From Isurus oxyrinchus (taxonomy: Eukaryota), in assembly GCA_026770705.1 (NCBI GenBank), contig JANJGN010000013.1:129580001-129644000 (forward strand): DNA of 64,000 bases. Reading direction: 5' to 3'. The position numbers and the translations under genes are program-made. The stretch's first letter is position 1; each line of letters opens with the position of its first letter. The notes below the pieces were generated by a model. That model worked only from the letters and a program-made list of their open reading frames with translations, had not been told where the DNA came from and did not search any database. Shown piece by piece: positions 25,816-39,777 of the stretch.

Positions 25816-27344
25816 AAGGTGACTGAGGCTAAGCCGTCAGGTGTTGAAAGACATATGTCGCATGGTCCAGCAGCAAGTCGAGCCATTATCCATTGATCCC
25901 CATGATCTGTCAGTGGCTGTGAAGATAACCGTCGCTCAACTTCTATGCTTCAGAATCTTTCCAGAGGTCATCAGGAGACCTGTCTGGTATATCTCAGTCA
26001 GCAACCACGCAGCTGCATTAAGGTTGTAGCTAATGCCTTGGTGTGTTGCTGTAGTGTACATGGTACATACTGCTACCACAGTGCATCGGTGGTGGATGAT
26101 GTGCCAATCAAGCAGGTTGCTTTGTCCTGGATGGTGTTGAGCTTCTTGAGTGTTGTTGAAGCTGCACTCATCCAGGCAAGTGGAGAATATTCCATCACAC
26201 TCCTGACTTGTGCCTTGTAGATGGTACATGCTCATGTGGGGGATCACATCAATTAATATCGATTTGGCAGCTCAGACGCAGAGAGCCATGGCCTTTTCCC
26301 AATTAGCAGGCTTTCCTCAGGTGCAGGGTGTTATTGATTGCACCCATGTTGCCATAAAGGCCCCAACTCAACATGTGGACACTTTGTCAACTGGAAGTCC
26401 TTCCAATCAATGTACAGGTGGTTTGTAGTTACAACAAGGTCTTCCTTCATGTGTTTGCAAGGTTCCCTGTCAGCTACCACACCTCCTTCATACAAAGGAG
26501 TTCGCAACTCCCTCAGCTATTTCAGCGACCAACGCAGACCCATGGTTGGCTTCTAGGGGTCAATGACTACCCCTTAAGAATTGGATAATGACCCCCTTTA
26601 GGAGCCCACAAACAGAGGCAGAGCGTAACTGCAACAGCAGCCATGTTGCCACCAAGAGTAGCATAGAGCAGGCAATAGGCATTTTAAAGATGCGCCTCAA
26701 TTGCCCAGGTGGAGATCTTCACTATGCCCCAGCAAGGGTATCAAGGATAGTAGTGCTGTACTGCATGCTGAACAATAATGCACAGCAGAGGGACCTAGAA
26801 ATCAATGACAATGATTCCATGGGCAGAGCTCCAACCTCTGAAGAGGAAGTCCCTGTCAATACGGAAGATTCTAAAACGGATGAGGATGAGGAGGCTGCTA
26901 ATGGCAGAGCAGCTGGGAGGCATGACCATGTAGTCAGGGCTGCCTCTGTGCAGGAGGGGATCATCATCAGACAGGTCCTTGTGTAAAATGGATTCTCATA
27001 AGGTCCCCCAATATCATAATTGCCATCAACTAGTCCCTGGTGACATACTTCCACCTAAAGAACTTTGTACATTTACTCCACAATTACTCAACGTGCTGCT
27101 CATTCCCCACAAGGAAGAGAATAAATATCAATGAGTTGGACTCAATCACGTTCACATGGTTGAAACCCTCACCATCACGACCATGGGCCTCATTACACTG
27201 CAAACACGCATGGTAATAAGTCATTCACAACCTGGGCCCCTAACATGAACGCCAGTAACTGTAAATGAGGGACTCATGCCACAAACTTGTCCATAATTAA
27301 ACCATGCCCACAATGCTGAGACTTAACACAACACAAGATTTTTT

Positions 27345-28312
27345 TTTTAATTAGTTCACAAGATGTGAGCGTTGCTGGCCAGGACAAATTTATTCCCATC
27401 CCAAATTGCCCTTGAGAAGGTGATGGTGAGTTGCCTTCTTGAACCGCTGCTGTCCATATGGTGTAGACACACCCACAGTGCCATTAGGCAGGGAGTTCCA
27501 GCATTTTGATCCAGCAACAGTGAAGAATCGATATATATCTGGATAGTAATGACATCAAGAGATATGGGGATAGCGCAGGAAAATGGTGTTGAGGTAGATG
27601 ATTAGCCATGATCTAATTAAATGGTGGAACATGCTTGACAGGCCGAATGGCCTACTCTTGCTCCTATGTTAATATGAACAGCGATAAAGTTCCAAGCCAG
27701 GATGGTGTGTGGCTTGGAGGCAGTGTTCCCATGCATATGCTGTCCTTGTCTTCCGAGATGGTAGAGGTCACCAGTTTGGAAGCTTCTGTCAAAGGAGCCC
27801 TGCAGTACATCTTGTAGATGGTACATACTGCCGCCACTGTGCGCTGGTGGTGGAGGGAATGAATGTTTACAGTGGTGGATAGTTCGCGAATCAAGTGGAC
27901 TACTTTGTCCTGGATGATGTCAAGCTTCTTGAGGGTTGCTGAAGTTGTACTCATCCAGGCAAATGCAGAGCATTCCATCACACTCCTGACTTGTGCCTTG
28001 TAGATGGTGAACATGCTTTGGGGAGTCAGGAGCTGAGTTACCCACCGCAGAATTCCCAGCCTCTGTTCTTAGACTGTTCCGATGGCACAATATTTATATA
28101 GCTAGTCCAGTATTTGTATGGTTAGTCCAGTTGAGTCAATGGTAACCCCAAGGATGTTGATAGTGGGGGATTCAACAATGGTAATGCCATGGAATGTCAA
28201 GGGGAGATAGTTGGATTTTCTCTTGTTGGTCATTGTCTGGCACTTGTGTGGCATGAATGTTACTTGAATGTTGTCTAGGTCTTGCTGCATAGGGACACGG
28301 ACTGCTTCAGTC
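27345..28312 (-). mobile_element. CR1/L2-group LINE 3' half inserted in the outer Harbinger
   Basis: QQDLDNIQ, TIYKAQVRSVME and NIHSLHHQRTVAAVCTIYKM. A further piece at ~26010-26225 interrupts the transposase. Confidence 0.85.
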
Positions 28313-31300
28313 ATGTGAATAATTTAAAACCTTACACATGCTGATAGCATTGTATGTTGTAGCATGCATGCAGATAGGGCATCTCACAAGTGCTGAGCTG
28401 GTATCTGTGCAAAAAGAGTCCTTTGAAAGAACTTGCGCACCATGCATACCGGCCAAAGGTCCAGTTTCTGACTTAGGTGCCATGTGCAACATTCCTGACT
28501 TCCATATATCTTTGCTAACTGCACAATGCACATCCTGTGACACCTGGAATGCAAATGCAGCCAAAGTAGTGGGCATAGCATATGACCAATATTACCTGGA
28601 TGATACATGATCTCTCAAGCTGTGATGTTTACACCTTTGGCAATGTGTAACACTGCAGTGCGGATGAATGTCTTGCACCCAGCACTCATGCTCAAGATGC
28701 ACCTGCTGTTCAGCATCTCCTCGTGGAGCCTGATCACTGAGCCTCCCTTATAGTCAAGTTTGAGCTTATGACCTCTGGAATCTTATGTGATACAGCACAG
28801 AAGGAAGAAGCCCTCCAAATCAATTGATAGCCTTCATCCTGTTGATGGCACATCCAGATGGACCTCACCATGCCACCATCATTGTTACTGGTAAGAACTG
28901 CCTTCATAATGTTACCATTCTTTTTGATTCCAGTGTACATACACACACTGAGTCATGTACAAGTGTCAGTAAATATGTTCAAGGGGTGCTCAAAGGTCTT
29001 ATATACAATGTTAAAAATGTAACCACAGTGAACACATTAGTGCTGTAGGTGAGGCATCGTTTGCTCTTGCACACTCCTACAAAGCGCCCCCTGTGTGCCT
29101 CAGAGGAGGTGGAGGCAGGCTGCTCACTTCAAACAGCAATGTGGCTCATCGGGCAGGCACCTGTTAGGGACATCCTTCAGACTGCGGCCTCTGCATCTCT
29201 GCATGGGCAGCTGTGCTCACTGGCACATGTGCAGAAGACGAGGGCTCTGCTGGAGGGGCTGGGGAGGTGGAGGAAGATGAAGGTGCTGAGAAGCTCTCGG
29301 TGACCCGCACAGTCCTGGTTTGGCTTTCAGGTTATCCATTCCAGTAACTGCTGTGCCAACAGTGTGATCATCCTGTTAAGGGTACACAGTCCCTCATATA
29401 TTCCATGGATGTCAACGCTCATACTCTGAGTGGACTGATCCAGGCTATTAAGGGAGGCTTGCACCCTTTCCTGGCCAAGACACTGCCTTGCATCCATTCC
29501 AAGTGTTGCTGCAAGTATCTCTCCATGAGACTGGCCAATCTCTCATGGTCAGAGCTCATGCAATTGAGCCCGCAGACAACGTGGAGCTCATGACAGCGAT
29601 GGACTCCCCCATTCACAGTCCAAGATGTCCCACTGCCTCAGGGAACTCTGCCAGATGTCCATACTGCTGGTGATTATCTAAATAATGTGCCCCAAATGTG
29701 ACTCCCAAGGCTTCACATTTCTGGCCACTGGAGCATCATCGTGACTTTCCTCTCTCCTCCTAGTTGCTCTATGCACAGATGTCTCTAACTCTGACACTTC
29801 CTCACGCATTCTGTTGCGGTGCCCTTCACCCTGCGCCGACTACGCGCGTGTTTAAAACTGAATTGACAGTGTATGGGCTAGTATGATGTGATATTGCCTC
29901 CTTGGACATCTCTTTTTCCTCTTGTTGCTAAGAAGTTCTAGCCTGGGGCAGTAAGGGAGCAGAGCTGGGACCTGTGTGAGACACAAAAGCAGTTATTTAG
30001 GTACAGTCCCTCTTATAGTGAAAGCACACTCTGACGCACGCCATTGTTGCGCTCCCTCTCATGCCAACGTTCCATTGATCAGCAAAGTGACAGTATAACC
30101 TCCACCTTTAACACCATATGCCAGTGATTTCAGCACTGCCTTTATCACCTGCTAATGGCCATTTGGCATCACTAATAAACAGCTGTTCAGGCATCCTGGC
30201 AATCCCTATGGCCATCTGTTCAACAGGACATATGCATCTCAGGAAGGCTAGTCTGGGCCAGCTCCATTGCGTTCTTCACCCTTCTGGTCTGCAACAGTAA
30301 CGTGAATTTATATTACTCTGATATGTAGTGCATGGAGGGCTATTGCTATTCACTGTGTCTGTGCATCATAGTGAGCTGCTTACACATTCAAGCCTCAGTG
30401 CTGAAGCAGGGGCATGTGCCATGTCTTGCACTTTAGCTGCAGCCTGCAAATATGATCCATCACTTGGATCTCTCTGTGGATGAGGTAAGCTAATCACCTT
30501 GCAGGAAAGCAGCAGGTCATCAAACCTTTTCTGGCACTGAAGCCATGAGTACTGATGGTCTCTTGTGTGCCCACCGCAGCCGCATTTTGAATCCAAGTCT
30601 TCTTGGTTGCTACAGGTGGATTACGTCAGGCAGCAGAGTAGAGGACTGGTCTCCTCTCCTGGACTCCACCAAAACTTGAAGGTTCTGATCAGAAAAGCGT
30701 GGGGCAACTGAACCCATCCCTTCCCCCGCATTTTCTCCGTGATATTCTACAAATAAAAATGCAACACAAAAAGGTACATGAGCCATTCAGATTGCATTGC
30801 TCTCACTCACTTTGGTGTGCTTATACACACTAACCATTTTCAACATATCATCAATGATTATTGGTAAGGTTTGGTGGAGAAAATGGCTCTGCACAAATGC
30901 TTGATGTCATGTACGTTGCAGCTGTGATTCCAAGGCAGCATGCTGTGCTTCGTGCCCACAGACAGCCCTACTGGTTTCCCCCTTTTAGTCACACTGTTAT
31001 ACCGTGCAGCTGTTAGGGACCTGGTCAAAGATCAACTGTGTGGCGCATCCTGATAGATGGATGGCAAGAGAGCAAGTGAACAAGATAATGAGCATTCACT
31101 GTTCATCATTCATCCACCCACTAAGTCTTGGCAGGTAACTACATGACTGCATAACATCTGTACCAGGCAGTGGTGGCAAGAGATACCACCACTATGTCTG
31201 TGACTTAAGAGCTCACTCCATGCATCCAGTCGTTTAGTAGAGTACACTTTGATTAATCATCAACAATGATAACTCTCCCGTGGTGAAAGCTCATAATGGG

Positions 31301-31836
31301 TCATCCATTCCAGGGTCAGCTAACAGCTGGACAACATTTACTGCTTTGACAAGGTAATGACATCTCCTCTGAAGCACAGGAACTTCGCAGTTCACTACTG
31401 ACGACCAAGCTCTCGAATGGGCCTTTCTGAAGGACCGATTTTTATCTGCATCTGAGTCATCCAACGCCCACCAGGCCTGCCCGAACCCCTCATTACTTCT
31501 GGGGTCCTCTGTTCCAACTCTTAATCTAGCCTGTCCCGCATCCCCCACCCTGCACCGAAAATCAAGGGCAGGATTTTGAATTCGGCGGGCTGGTGTGGTC
31601 AGCGGGCCCAGGAATGGCCGGGAAAAGGGCTGCCACCCACAATCGGCCCCAACCATGATTTCATGCTGGCAGGCCAATTAAGGTGTGCCCAGCATGAAAC
31701 ACAGCTCCTCACTAGTCAGGAAGGGCCTGTTGGCTGCCAAGTCCAATGGCGACTTGGGACTGGTTTAAAAACAGCCCAGGCAGCCCTGGAAGGCTGCCAG
31801 TGAAGAAGACATCTTCGCTGTTGTCAACAGGAAATT

Positions 31837-33587
31837 ATGGCTTCCAGTGCGGCTGCGGACGGTAGGCGGCAGGGCAGGTCAGGTGGACACTCAGCCCTCT
31901 GGTTTTTTGATGAGTGCCTCGTGGTCCTCCTGGAGGAGGAAGCTGCCAGGATGGACACCGTTGTCCCCAAGGATGGAAGGAAGAGGCCACTGCACCTTAA
32001 AGAAAGGGCTTGGAAGGAGGTGGCAGTGCTAGTCAGCAACCATGATGTTGTGCGGTGCACTTGGGTCTAGCACTGCAAGAGGTTTAATGACCTGCTGCGC
32101 TCAGGAAGTGTGAGTACTGTGTTGGCATGAATTAGTGTGTTGAAGTGTTATGGTCTGGCTGCCCCGCCCCCCCATGGAGCTCAGGGGTGTTAGAGTCTGC
32201 GTGCCAACCATCAATGACTCCGGAGCTAGCCAAGGGGGTGAGCCCTGGCTGCTTGGACTGAGTTCCTTACAGTTTGAAGACTACTACTTGGATGTATCCT
32301 GCAAGGTGCTCCTCAGGTGAGGTTGGCCATGGCCACAATGGTACTTCAGGTAGAGAGTGGACTAATCAATGCTCCTCTGTCCTTTCAGGAGAAGACAGCC
32401 CATAACAACATTGGAAGGTCGCGGACCAGCAGAGGCCCCCAAAACCTCTTAATCCTCACAAGGTACAAACAGGATGCCTTGGAGATGGAGAGCTGACATG
32501 TATCTCGGTCAACCAGCCGCGGAGAGGCTGGGGTGTCACATGAAGGTAAGAGTGCAGTGCACAGAGTTAAGAGTTTCAGATGGTGCAAACATTCTCGTGT
32601 CATCTGATCATTGATGGGACTCTCAAAACTGGATTCCTATGGCCCATGGATTACTGAAAGATAATGGCCCGATGATGCAGATCTCCATGGTCTCACCAGG
32701 GTGCCTGGCATGCACAGTGACAGTGTGATGACTTAAACTAATGACATGTCATTGTTCCCCCTTAGATTTGCCACCACACACCCAATTGCTGGACCCCAAA
32801 GAGCCACCTCTGACGCCAGTGGACTGCCAGGCACCAGATGCACCTGCGTCACACCTGCTCTCTGAACCAGACAGAGGCAGAGAGTGCACAGTGCATCGGC
32901 AGTCAGAGAGCTGCTGGAGATCAGGACAATGTTGAGTCAAAGGCAGATGGTGAGCCTCTGGAGTTGTGTATTAGGTGGCGGATGTTGGATGTCCAGCGAG
33001 ATTAATGGGAGGATCTGGCCGAAATCCACAAGTGTCCGCATGCCATGATCTCTGTTATGGAGGAGGCCATGCAGAGCATCACCACTGCGTTGACCCTCAT
33101 GGCTGAGCACACTGGCTCCTCCATTGAGAGAGGGGTGACTGTCACGGAGAGGCAACTCCAGAGGCCGAATCAGGAGTTCCTGGGGTTGCACTCGGACCTG
33201 CAAGCTCTCAAACATGCAATGACCTCAGGTGATTAGTGTCAGTGTGGGAGATGGATGAGGCACACAGTATCCCAGTTAAGTGCCCATCCATCAATGGTGA
33301 GCAGGAAGGTCCAGAGCGATCTCACCTTGGCGCACGAGCTGGATGAGGGCAGCTGCTCCTCCGCCAGTGACCGTGACATCTGATGAGGTTGCGGTGACTG
33401 GAGAGATGCCAGCCGTGTCACTGGCCTCTCCCTCCCAGACGGGGCCAGCACAGGCTTTGCTAGCCAGAGGACAACCACCAAAGTCATCAAGGCCAACAGG
33501 TTAGCAGGCTCCAATGCTGCTGCCAACAAGGGGGGGTGGGGGGAGGAGGGTGCGCCAAGACGTAGCACTCGCAAACGTAAATTTAAG
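31837..33587 (+). pseudogene. Harbinger Myb/SANT-like DNA-binding gene, 3 exons (31837-32109, 32389-32545, 32766-~33587), inactivated
   Basis: 'AWKEVAVLVS...RCTWV*HCKRFNDLL' with a premature TAG at 32068; GT-AG introns; 'EKTAHN' at the start of exon 2; basic C-terminus RRSTRKRKF. Confidence 0.75.
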
Positions 33588-33910
33588 GCACCATGAGTAC
33601 AAGAGGGACTGGTCACAGGTGATCTTCTGTTGTGCAAAGTTTTGTTTATGTATGGGATTGAAGGCCAGAGAAGGTTCTGTTATTTTATTTGGACTAAAAA
33701 TGAGATCAATTTTCTTTTGTCATAATGGCCTAAGTATGCTTCACCATTTTTATTTAATGTGGCGCAGGGTAAATAATGCTGGATGTGGGTGGCTCTAAAC
33801 TTTATTGCACAGGCACTGACTGGACTTTGTGGTCAAAGGAAAGGGTCGTTTCAGACACCTGGGATGGAGGAGGCAGTCCTGGCATGAGGTGGTAGCACTT
33901 ATTTGGCAGC

Positions 33911-35009
33911 CTAGCTGATCAATTTGTCCCTGGTGACCCTGCCTCCATGGAGATTACCGAGGTCTGCCTCCACATCTTTAGTGTTCTCCTCACCGTGCTC
34001 CTCTTCGGACTCAATACTGGATTCGTCATCTGTGGCCTGTGCAGCTGTGTCAACATCCTCTTCCTCCAATGTGTCCCTCCTTGCCAGTACCAGATTGTGG
34101 AGAATGCTGCATGCAACCATGATCAGTGACACTTGCTCTGGGGGGTATTGTAGTACTCCCCCTGAACAGTCCAGGCATCGGAAGTGAATCTTCAGAAGAC
34201 CTATGGTTCTTTCTATCACCACCCTTGAGGAGGCATGGCTCCTGCTATACCACTGCTTTGCCTCTGTTCCTAGGCAGCGGAGAGGATGTACTCAGGATGT
34301 ATGCATCATGGGAGGTGCCAGGTTACCTTGCACAGACCTGTAGAATATGCATCCTATGGTCACACACTGTCTGCACGTTCAGGAATCCCTTCCTGTTAAT
34401 GAAGGCACCCGGCTGACCCAGTGGTGCCTTGATGGCCACATGTGTGCAGTCAATTGCACCCTGGATGCAGGGGAACCCAGCAATTGCTGCAAAGCTTCTG
34501 GCTCACTCAGCCTGGCTAGCCTCGTCCGTTTGGAAATGAATGAAAGTCACTACACATCTGATCAGAGCTTCTGTCACCAGCTTGATGCAACTATGGACAG
34601 TTGATTGGGAGACTCCATACAGATCCCCCACTGACCCCTGGAAAGAACCGGATGCACAGAAGTTGAGGGCCACTGGCAACTTGCCACCTACACAGTTGGA
34701 GGTGATCTCACGTCCAATGATCTGACAATTGGAGGTCACCATCTCTCTTGAGAGATTAGCCTCCTTCAGCATTGCACCTCTGACATTGAGTTAGCTGTAT
34801 CACCGCCTGTAAACCCTGGCAGAATAGTGATGTGTTCTGCGGCCCCTCACGCCTGTGACTGCCTGCTGGCCCTGTACCCCTTGTGCCTGCGCCTCTCCCC
34901 CCACAGGTCGCTCCCCTGCAAGCTGCACTGGGACACCTGGCCTCCTCTTCCTTCTGCCCCTCTCTTCCTCCTCAGAGGAGGTGCCTCCAACAAAGACCAC
35001 AATCCCCAT
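33911..35009 (-). pseudogene. Harbinger DDE transposase (HARBI1-like), inactivated
   Basis: ALNFCASGSFQ, GFPCIQGAIDCTHVAIKAP, INRKG, PGTSHDAYIL and IERTIGLLKIHFRCL; several stops, and the LGDxGY segment appears deleted. Confidence 0.88.
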
Positions 35010-35834
35010 TACCAGGATTACAGAAAGCTATCTGATACCTGGAAGGGTCCACACTGTCTGACTCCTCCGGGGTCCATGTAGATACCAAGGAAACTTGAAA
35101 TGAAGCCTGGAAATGCTAACAATGAAGCCCCGAACAGAGATGAAGCTGCCAAGTATCAATAAGTCATCAGCAGCAAATTATCTACCAGACTCCTCATTGC
35201 TCACACTGGCAATGCTGCTGACCTTTTTTTTATCCCGCCCATGTATGAGGTTTTGCAAATTGTCACCTGGCTGCCTACCTGTTTTGCGCAAAATTGCACA
35301 GGCAACGTAAAATCGGTGCCAATTGCCAATTGCCTTTTTAATGGCCTTAACTAGCCTCTTCATTAATGGTGGGCGCGGCTCCAACTTCCGCTCGCGCCTG
35401 CTGACTGAAAGATCGCAAGTGCACAATGACACAATGCTCACCTGACATCATCACGTGCTATTTTACGTGCCCACCCGCTCAGTGAAAAATTCTGCCCCAG
35501 ATGTTTGGGCCACCATTTCTAAAGGTTGGATTTACGGAACCAGGAATTCTCCTGTCTCTGTGCACCCAGCCCAGGAGCAAAAATTTAGGCCAGTATTTCA
35601 AAACAGAATAATAGTTTCAGTTGATATAAATTTTTCTCACTTACTTAGGCAGAACCATAAAATTCTTTAAGTGGGTGCTCCCAATGAACACACTTTTTAA
35701 ATCAGCAGCATAGTAGATTTATCATAATTTGAAAGGTGTTTTTTTTTTTATTGGGCTGCTCTTGTCTATACCCCGGTGATTCAGAATGAATCTCCTGACC
35801 ACAACAGGTATATTACATAGAATTTACATAAGAG

Positions 35835-36285
35835 ATTTTTTGATTCATTGATGGGATGTGGGCATCACTGGCAAAACTAGGATTTATAGCCCATCCCAAC
35901 ATGCTCTAGAGAATGTGGTGGTGAGCTGGCTTTTTGAACCATTGAAGTCCATGTGGACTGTAATTTCTCGTAGTATTTTATTTTGATACAACTGTGTGGT
36001 TTCCTAGGCCACTTCAGAATCTGTTATATTGCTCTGAGTCTAGAGTCACAGAGGCCAGGACAGCAGATTCCTTCCCAAAAGGACATTAGTGAGCAATTTG
36101 CGTTTTTCTGACAATCCAGTAGTTTCATGGCCACCAGTACTGATATCAGCTTTATATTCCAGATTTATTGAATTAACAGAACAACTTTTGAACTGCCATG
36201 GTGAGGTTTGAACTCATGTCTCCAGATTATTAATCCACTTCTTTGGATTACTAAACCAGTAACATAACCACTTTGCTACTGTACT
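35835..36285 (-). mobile_element. tRNA-derived SINE
   Basis: Reverse complement of the 8332 family, including the LINE-derived tail gggatgtgggcatcactggc. Confidence 0.7.
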
Positions 36286-36552
36286 CATAACATGGTCATA
36301 TAAGAAGCTCAAGGTGATGGATATTGTGGCTGAAGATTTTTCATGAGCATCGTGGAATACACAAGGATAGAAGCTGTTCTATATTGTTAAAAGGAAAGCA
36401 ATGAGTTCTGATGTGGATCCACTTTTACCCTGACAGGAACTATGAAATGTTGCTTTCATTTCCTCTTGGATTCTCTTTAACAGTTACAAGATTATGTCTT
36501 GTAAATTTTGGTTACAGCACATAAACAGATCATTCAGCCTAACTGATCTATC

Positions 36553-36914
36553 TGGGTTGCCAACTCTCTAGGATTGGCCTGGATTCTCCAGGATTTGAAG
36601 ATCAATCTTCAGGACACTGCTGTGTACAACCGCTGGAGAAAAACCATCAGGCCATTAAAAAAATTGTTATTTTTTGTAATTTTCTTTGAACATTTCTCTT
36701 TATTATATATAAAAGACATTGAAAATGGGGGGAGAAAACTGGTTGGCAGTCAAGCAACATCCAACCGAGTAATGAGTCTTTTTGCTTTCTAATTGGCGTA
36801 GGAAGGCAGTGCGTCACAAGAATGGATATGTTGGCCAACTAATGGCTGGAGCGTGGGGACAAGTCATGTGATGAAACCTCCAGGAATCCATTTAATCACA
36901 ATTGGCCAACCCTA
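36553..36914. mobile_element. hAT-type MITE inside a CR1 3' fragment
   Basis: TIR gggttgccaac / ttggccaacccta; imperfect 8-bp TSD (gatctatc / tatatatc). Confidence 0.55.
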
Positions 36915-38789
36915 TATATATCAGTGAATATGCTTCACTTGAGCCTCCTCTTACCTTACTTCATCTCACTATATTACCGTGTCTATCTATTCCTCTTTTC
37001 CTCATCTACATAGCCAGCTCCCCCTTAAAAGTCATCTATTCTATTCATCTTGACTATTCCATGTGATAGCAAGTTCCATGTTCTAGCCACTCTAAGTAAA
37101 AAGTTTCTCCTAAATTTCTTATTGCATTTATTAGTAACTATCTTATATTTATGGCCACTAGTTTTGAATTCCCCAGAAGTAAAACCATCTTCTCTACATC
37201 TAACCTATCAGATAGACTGGGAAGGTGACAAAGCTGAACGGAGTGGTGGCAATGAGGTTAACATACTCTGAAAAACTAAAAGGGGTTAAAAGGCGTTCTC
37301 CCTCCTTCATGGGCTATGTGTGAAATTTAAAGTAAAACCATAAAATTTAAAAATAAATAGATTTGAGGGGGAAGATTTCCTCTGTGTGCTATGTGTAACA
37401 CCATTTACAAACTTTTGTGTTGTAATTTAATTACATATAATACACAGAGGAAATCTTCCTCCATACACCAGCTAGCCTGTTTACTTCAGTTACAAGACTA
37501 AATTAATATGATCAATATGATTGTAATTCTCTATTTGCACCAGGAGGCAAAAAAACAGTTTAACACAAAGGCCCTAATAGTACTCAATTGGATACTAGAG
37601 GACAAAAACACAGCATTTACCTGAAAATCCTCACTCTACAAATTCAATGAAGGCATTAATCCATTTAAGATAAGTAACATTTCCATAAAGCAGACTTTCA
37701 GGTCTGAGTGTTTGTCTGCAGAAATTCCATGTGTGATTTCAGTGCCAATGTTCTTAAAATATATTTTTTAATTTGAATAACCTCAAGTTTTGCATGAACT
37801 ATGTGCATTTTGCAAAAATGCAAGATTCCCTTAATTTATTACAGATTAATAAAACACCTATTCTTTTATCTGGGCAGGTAGGTATTGAAAATAATTAAAT
37901 TCCCTCATCTGAACAGCAAAAAACAAAAATTATAAATGTTAAGAATTTTTTTTAAATTGGGGATTGAGTAGCATCCAAAAAAAATCAAAACCCAGCAGCA
38001 AATTAACATTATAGATGCCAAAGGAAAAAAAAACTGATGAGGCTGAAAATCAACTGCTATTTCACCTATGATAAACTTTTTTTGAAAATTAGCATACGTG
38101 AAGACAACAGGCATTGTGATGTTATCACAAAGCCTGATTCTAAATATCATACCACTAGACAACTAGGTCACAAAATACATTCAGATGAAGGGGGGGCCCA
38201 TTTGATCTCAATCGTTTGACTGTACCATTAACATTTAGGTTTACCTGAAAGGATAGCGACTCTCACAATGTAGCATTCTCTTGGTAATGAACTGGATTGG
38301 CAGCCTAGATTATCCTTGAATGAGGCTTGAACCCATAACCTTCTGAAGTAGAGTTGACACAGTTACCAATTAAACCAAGCTGACTTCATCACTAACCCAA
38401 GTCAACAGCCAAACATACAAACTGTGAGAACTTGCATTTATGTAGCACTTTTAGCAATAATAAATAAACCAAGACACTTCAAGTAGGAGGGACAAATGCC
38501 AAACAATAATATAGAAAACAAATAAAAGCAAATGATATTAATTTTGAAACTCTTTTGAAGATGAGTCATCTTTTTGTGTACAGCCTACAATCATTGTGAT
38601 GTGCTATCAAAAGGATTTCCCAACAAGTCTAGTTGTATAAAGGCTAGTGAATTTCCTGACAAATGTTGTTACTTAAAAACTAGTGATCGACTCAATGGGC
38701 AAGAGCATTGTGTGCCCTGGTACTGTCCCAAATACAAGAACCACCTCCAGATTGATTTCTATCCCATATTCCTATAGATTCCTATTCAC

Positions 38790-38900
38790 TAGTTCTTGCA
38801 ATAGGTCATCGACCTGAAACATTAACTCTTTCTCTCTCCACATATGCTGCCTAATTTGCTGAGTATTTCTGACATTTTCTGTTTTTATTTCAGATTCCTA
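38790..38900 (+). mobile_element. Old Penelope pLTR remnant with a degenerate hammerhead
   Basis: aggtc atc gacct GAAA cattaactct...tgctgagtatttc; the CUGANGA core is lost. Confidence 0.55.
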
Positions 38901-39777
38901 ATCCATGTTTAATTTGCTGTTTTAAGCCTGTACAGCAGTGAGACCACCAACACCATCCTCAGTATCGCTGGGCTGAAGTGAAAAAAGTCAGCAGGCACTT
39001 CTAAACTTGATCATTATCCTGTTCCTTCCCCCTAACCCACCAACTCAGTTCCTGAAAAGTAATCTGCCTAGATGCTGAGGAATGATAGGACTGGACTCTG
39101 CTGTGATGCTTCCCAAGGTCACTGCTGACAGTTACTGCCTCAATTCAGATGTGAGTATTGGCCTTCATCAGTGAGCTTATGGAGGGCTTGAGCTCCCATG
39201 AGCCACCAGCAGTGGTCTAACATGAGTCATCGCGTTCAGGAGAGGGGAAAATTGGAAAACACTGGTGATTAAAGTGAACAAGTGTTTAATAAAGAGAATC
39301 ACACAGTGTGACAGATGGAATGCAGAGTACAGAGCATTTGAGGCTCATCAGTAACTGCTTCTTCACTGTGGAGAAATAAACACACACACTGTCGTCACAG
39401 TGATTTAACCTCTATTTAACAGTTACGTCCTTCAACAGGTTGTGCATTAAGTTTGAACTACATGATTTTTGGGTTTTGATCAAAATTTAGCTCAGATATG
39501 AGTTTTAATCAGGTATTGCAATGCTAAGAGTTAGATGTAAAATTCTCCTATCTTACTAAGCACGTACCAAGCTCTATCATAATAGAAAGGCAATGTAAGG
39601 TGCTACCTCATGTTCAGAGAGAGACTGAATCACATCTGAATTAACTCAGACTCATCTCCTGTTTAGAGATGCCCAGATAGAATCCTGGTAGCAAGTCCCA
39701 TACACAGCTTCTCAACATAGTTGGTGCATGGTCAATTAGATAGTTAGCAGGTTCAAGGTGACTCTCATAGGCGAAAG

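Larger units (their letters stand above)
31566..35497. mobile_element. Near-complete two-gene PIF/Harbinger transposon, 3.9 kb
   Basis: TIRs gggcaggatttt / aaaattctgccc; TSD CAA/CAG; convergent Myb/SANT and transposase genes. Confidence 0.88.
25820..35591. mobile_element. Outer decayed Harbinger: transposase (+, ~25820-26986) and Myb/SANT gene (-, ~29040-30720)
   Basis: GFPQVQGVIDCTHVAIKAP, WLLGVNDYPL, SIEQAIGILKMR; on the minus strand VAPRFSDQNL and WLQCQKRFDDLL; TIR-like aaaatttaggcc at ~35580-35591. Confidence 0.65.

Noticed and set aside
16480-35009. HARBI1- or MSANTD-like domesticated host genes
   Set aside because: All copies have stops, frameshifts or deletions and sit in TIR-bounded or nested repeats, so they are transposon remnants.
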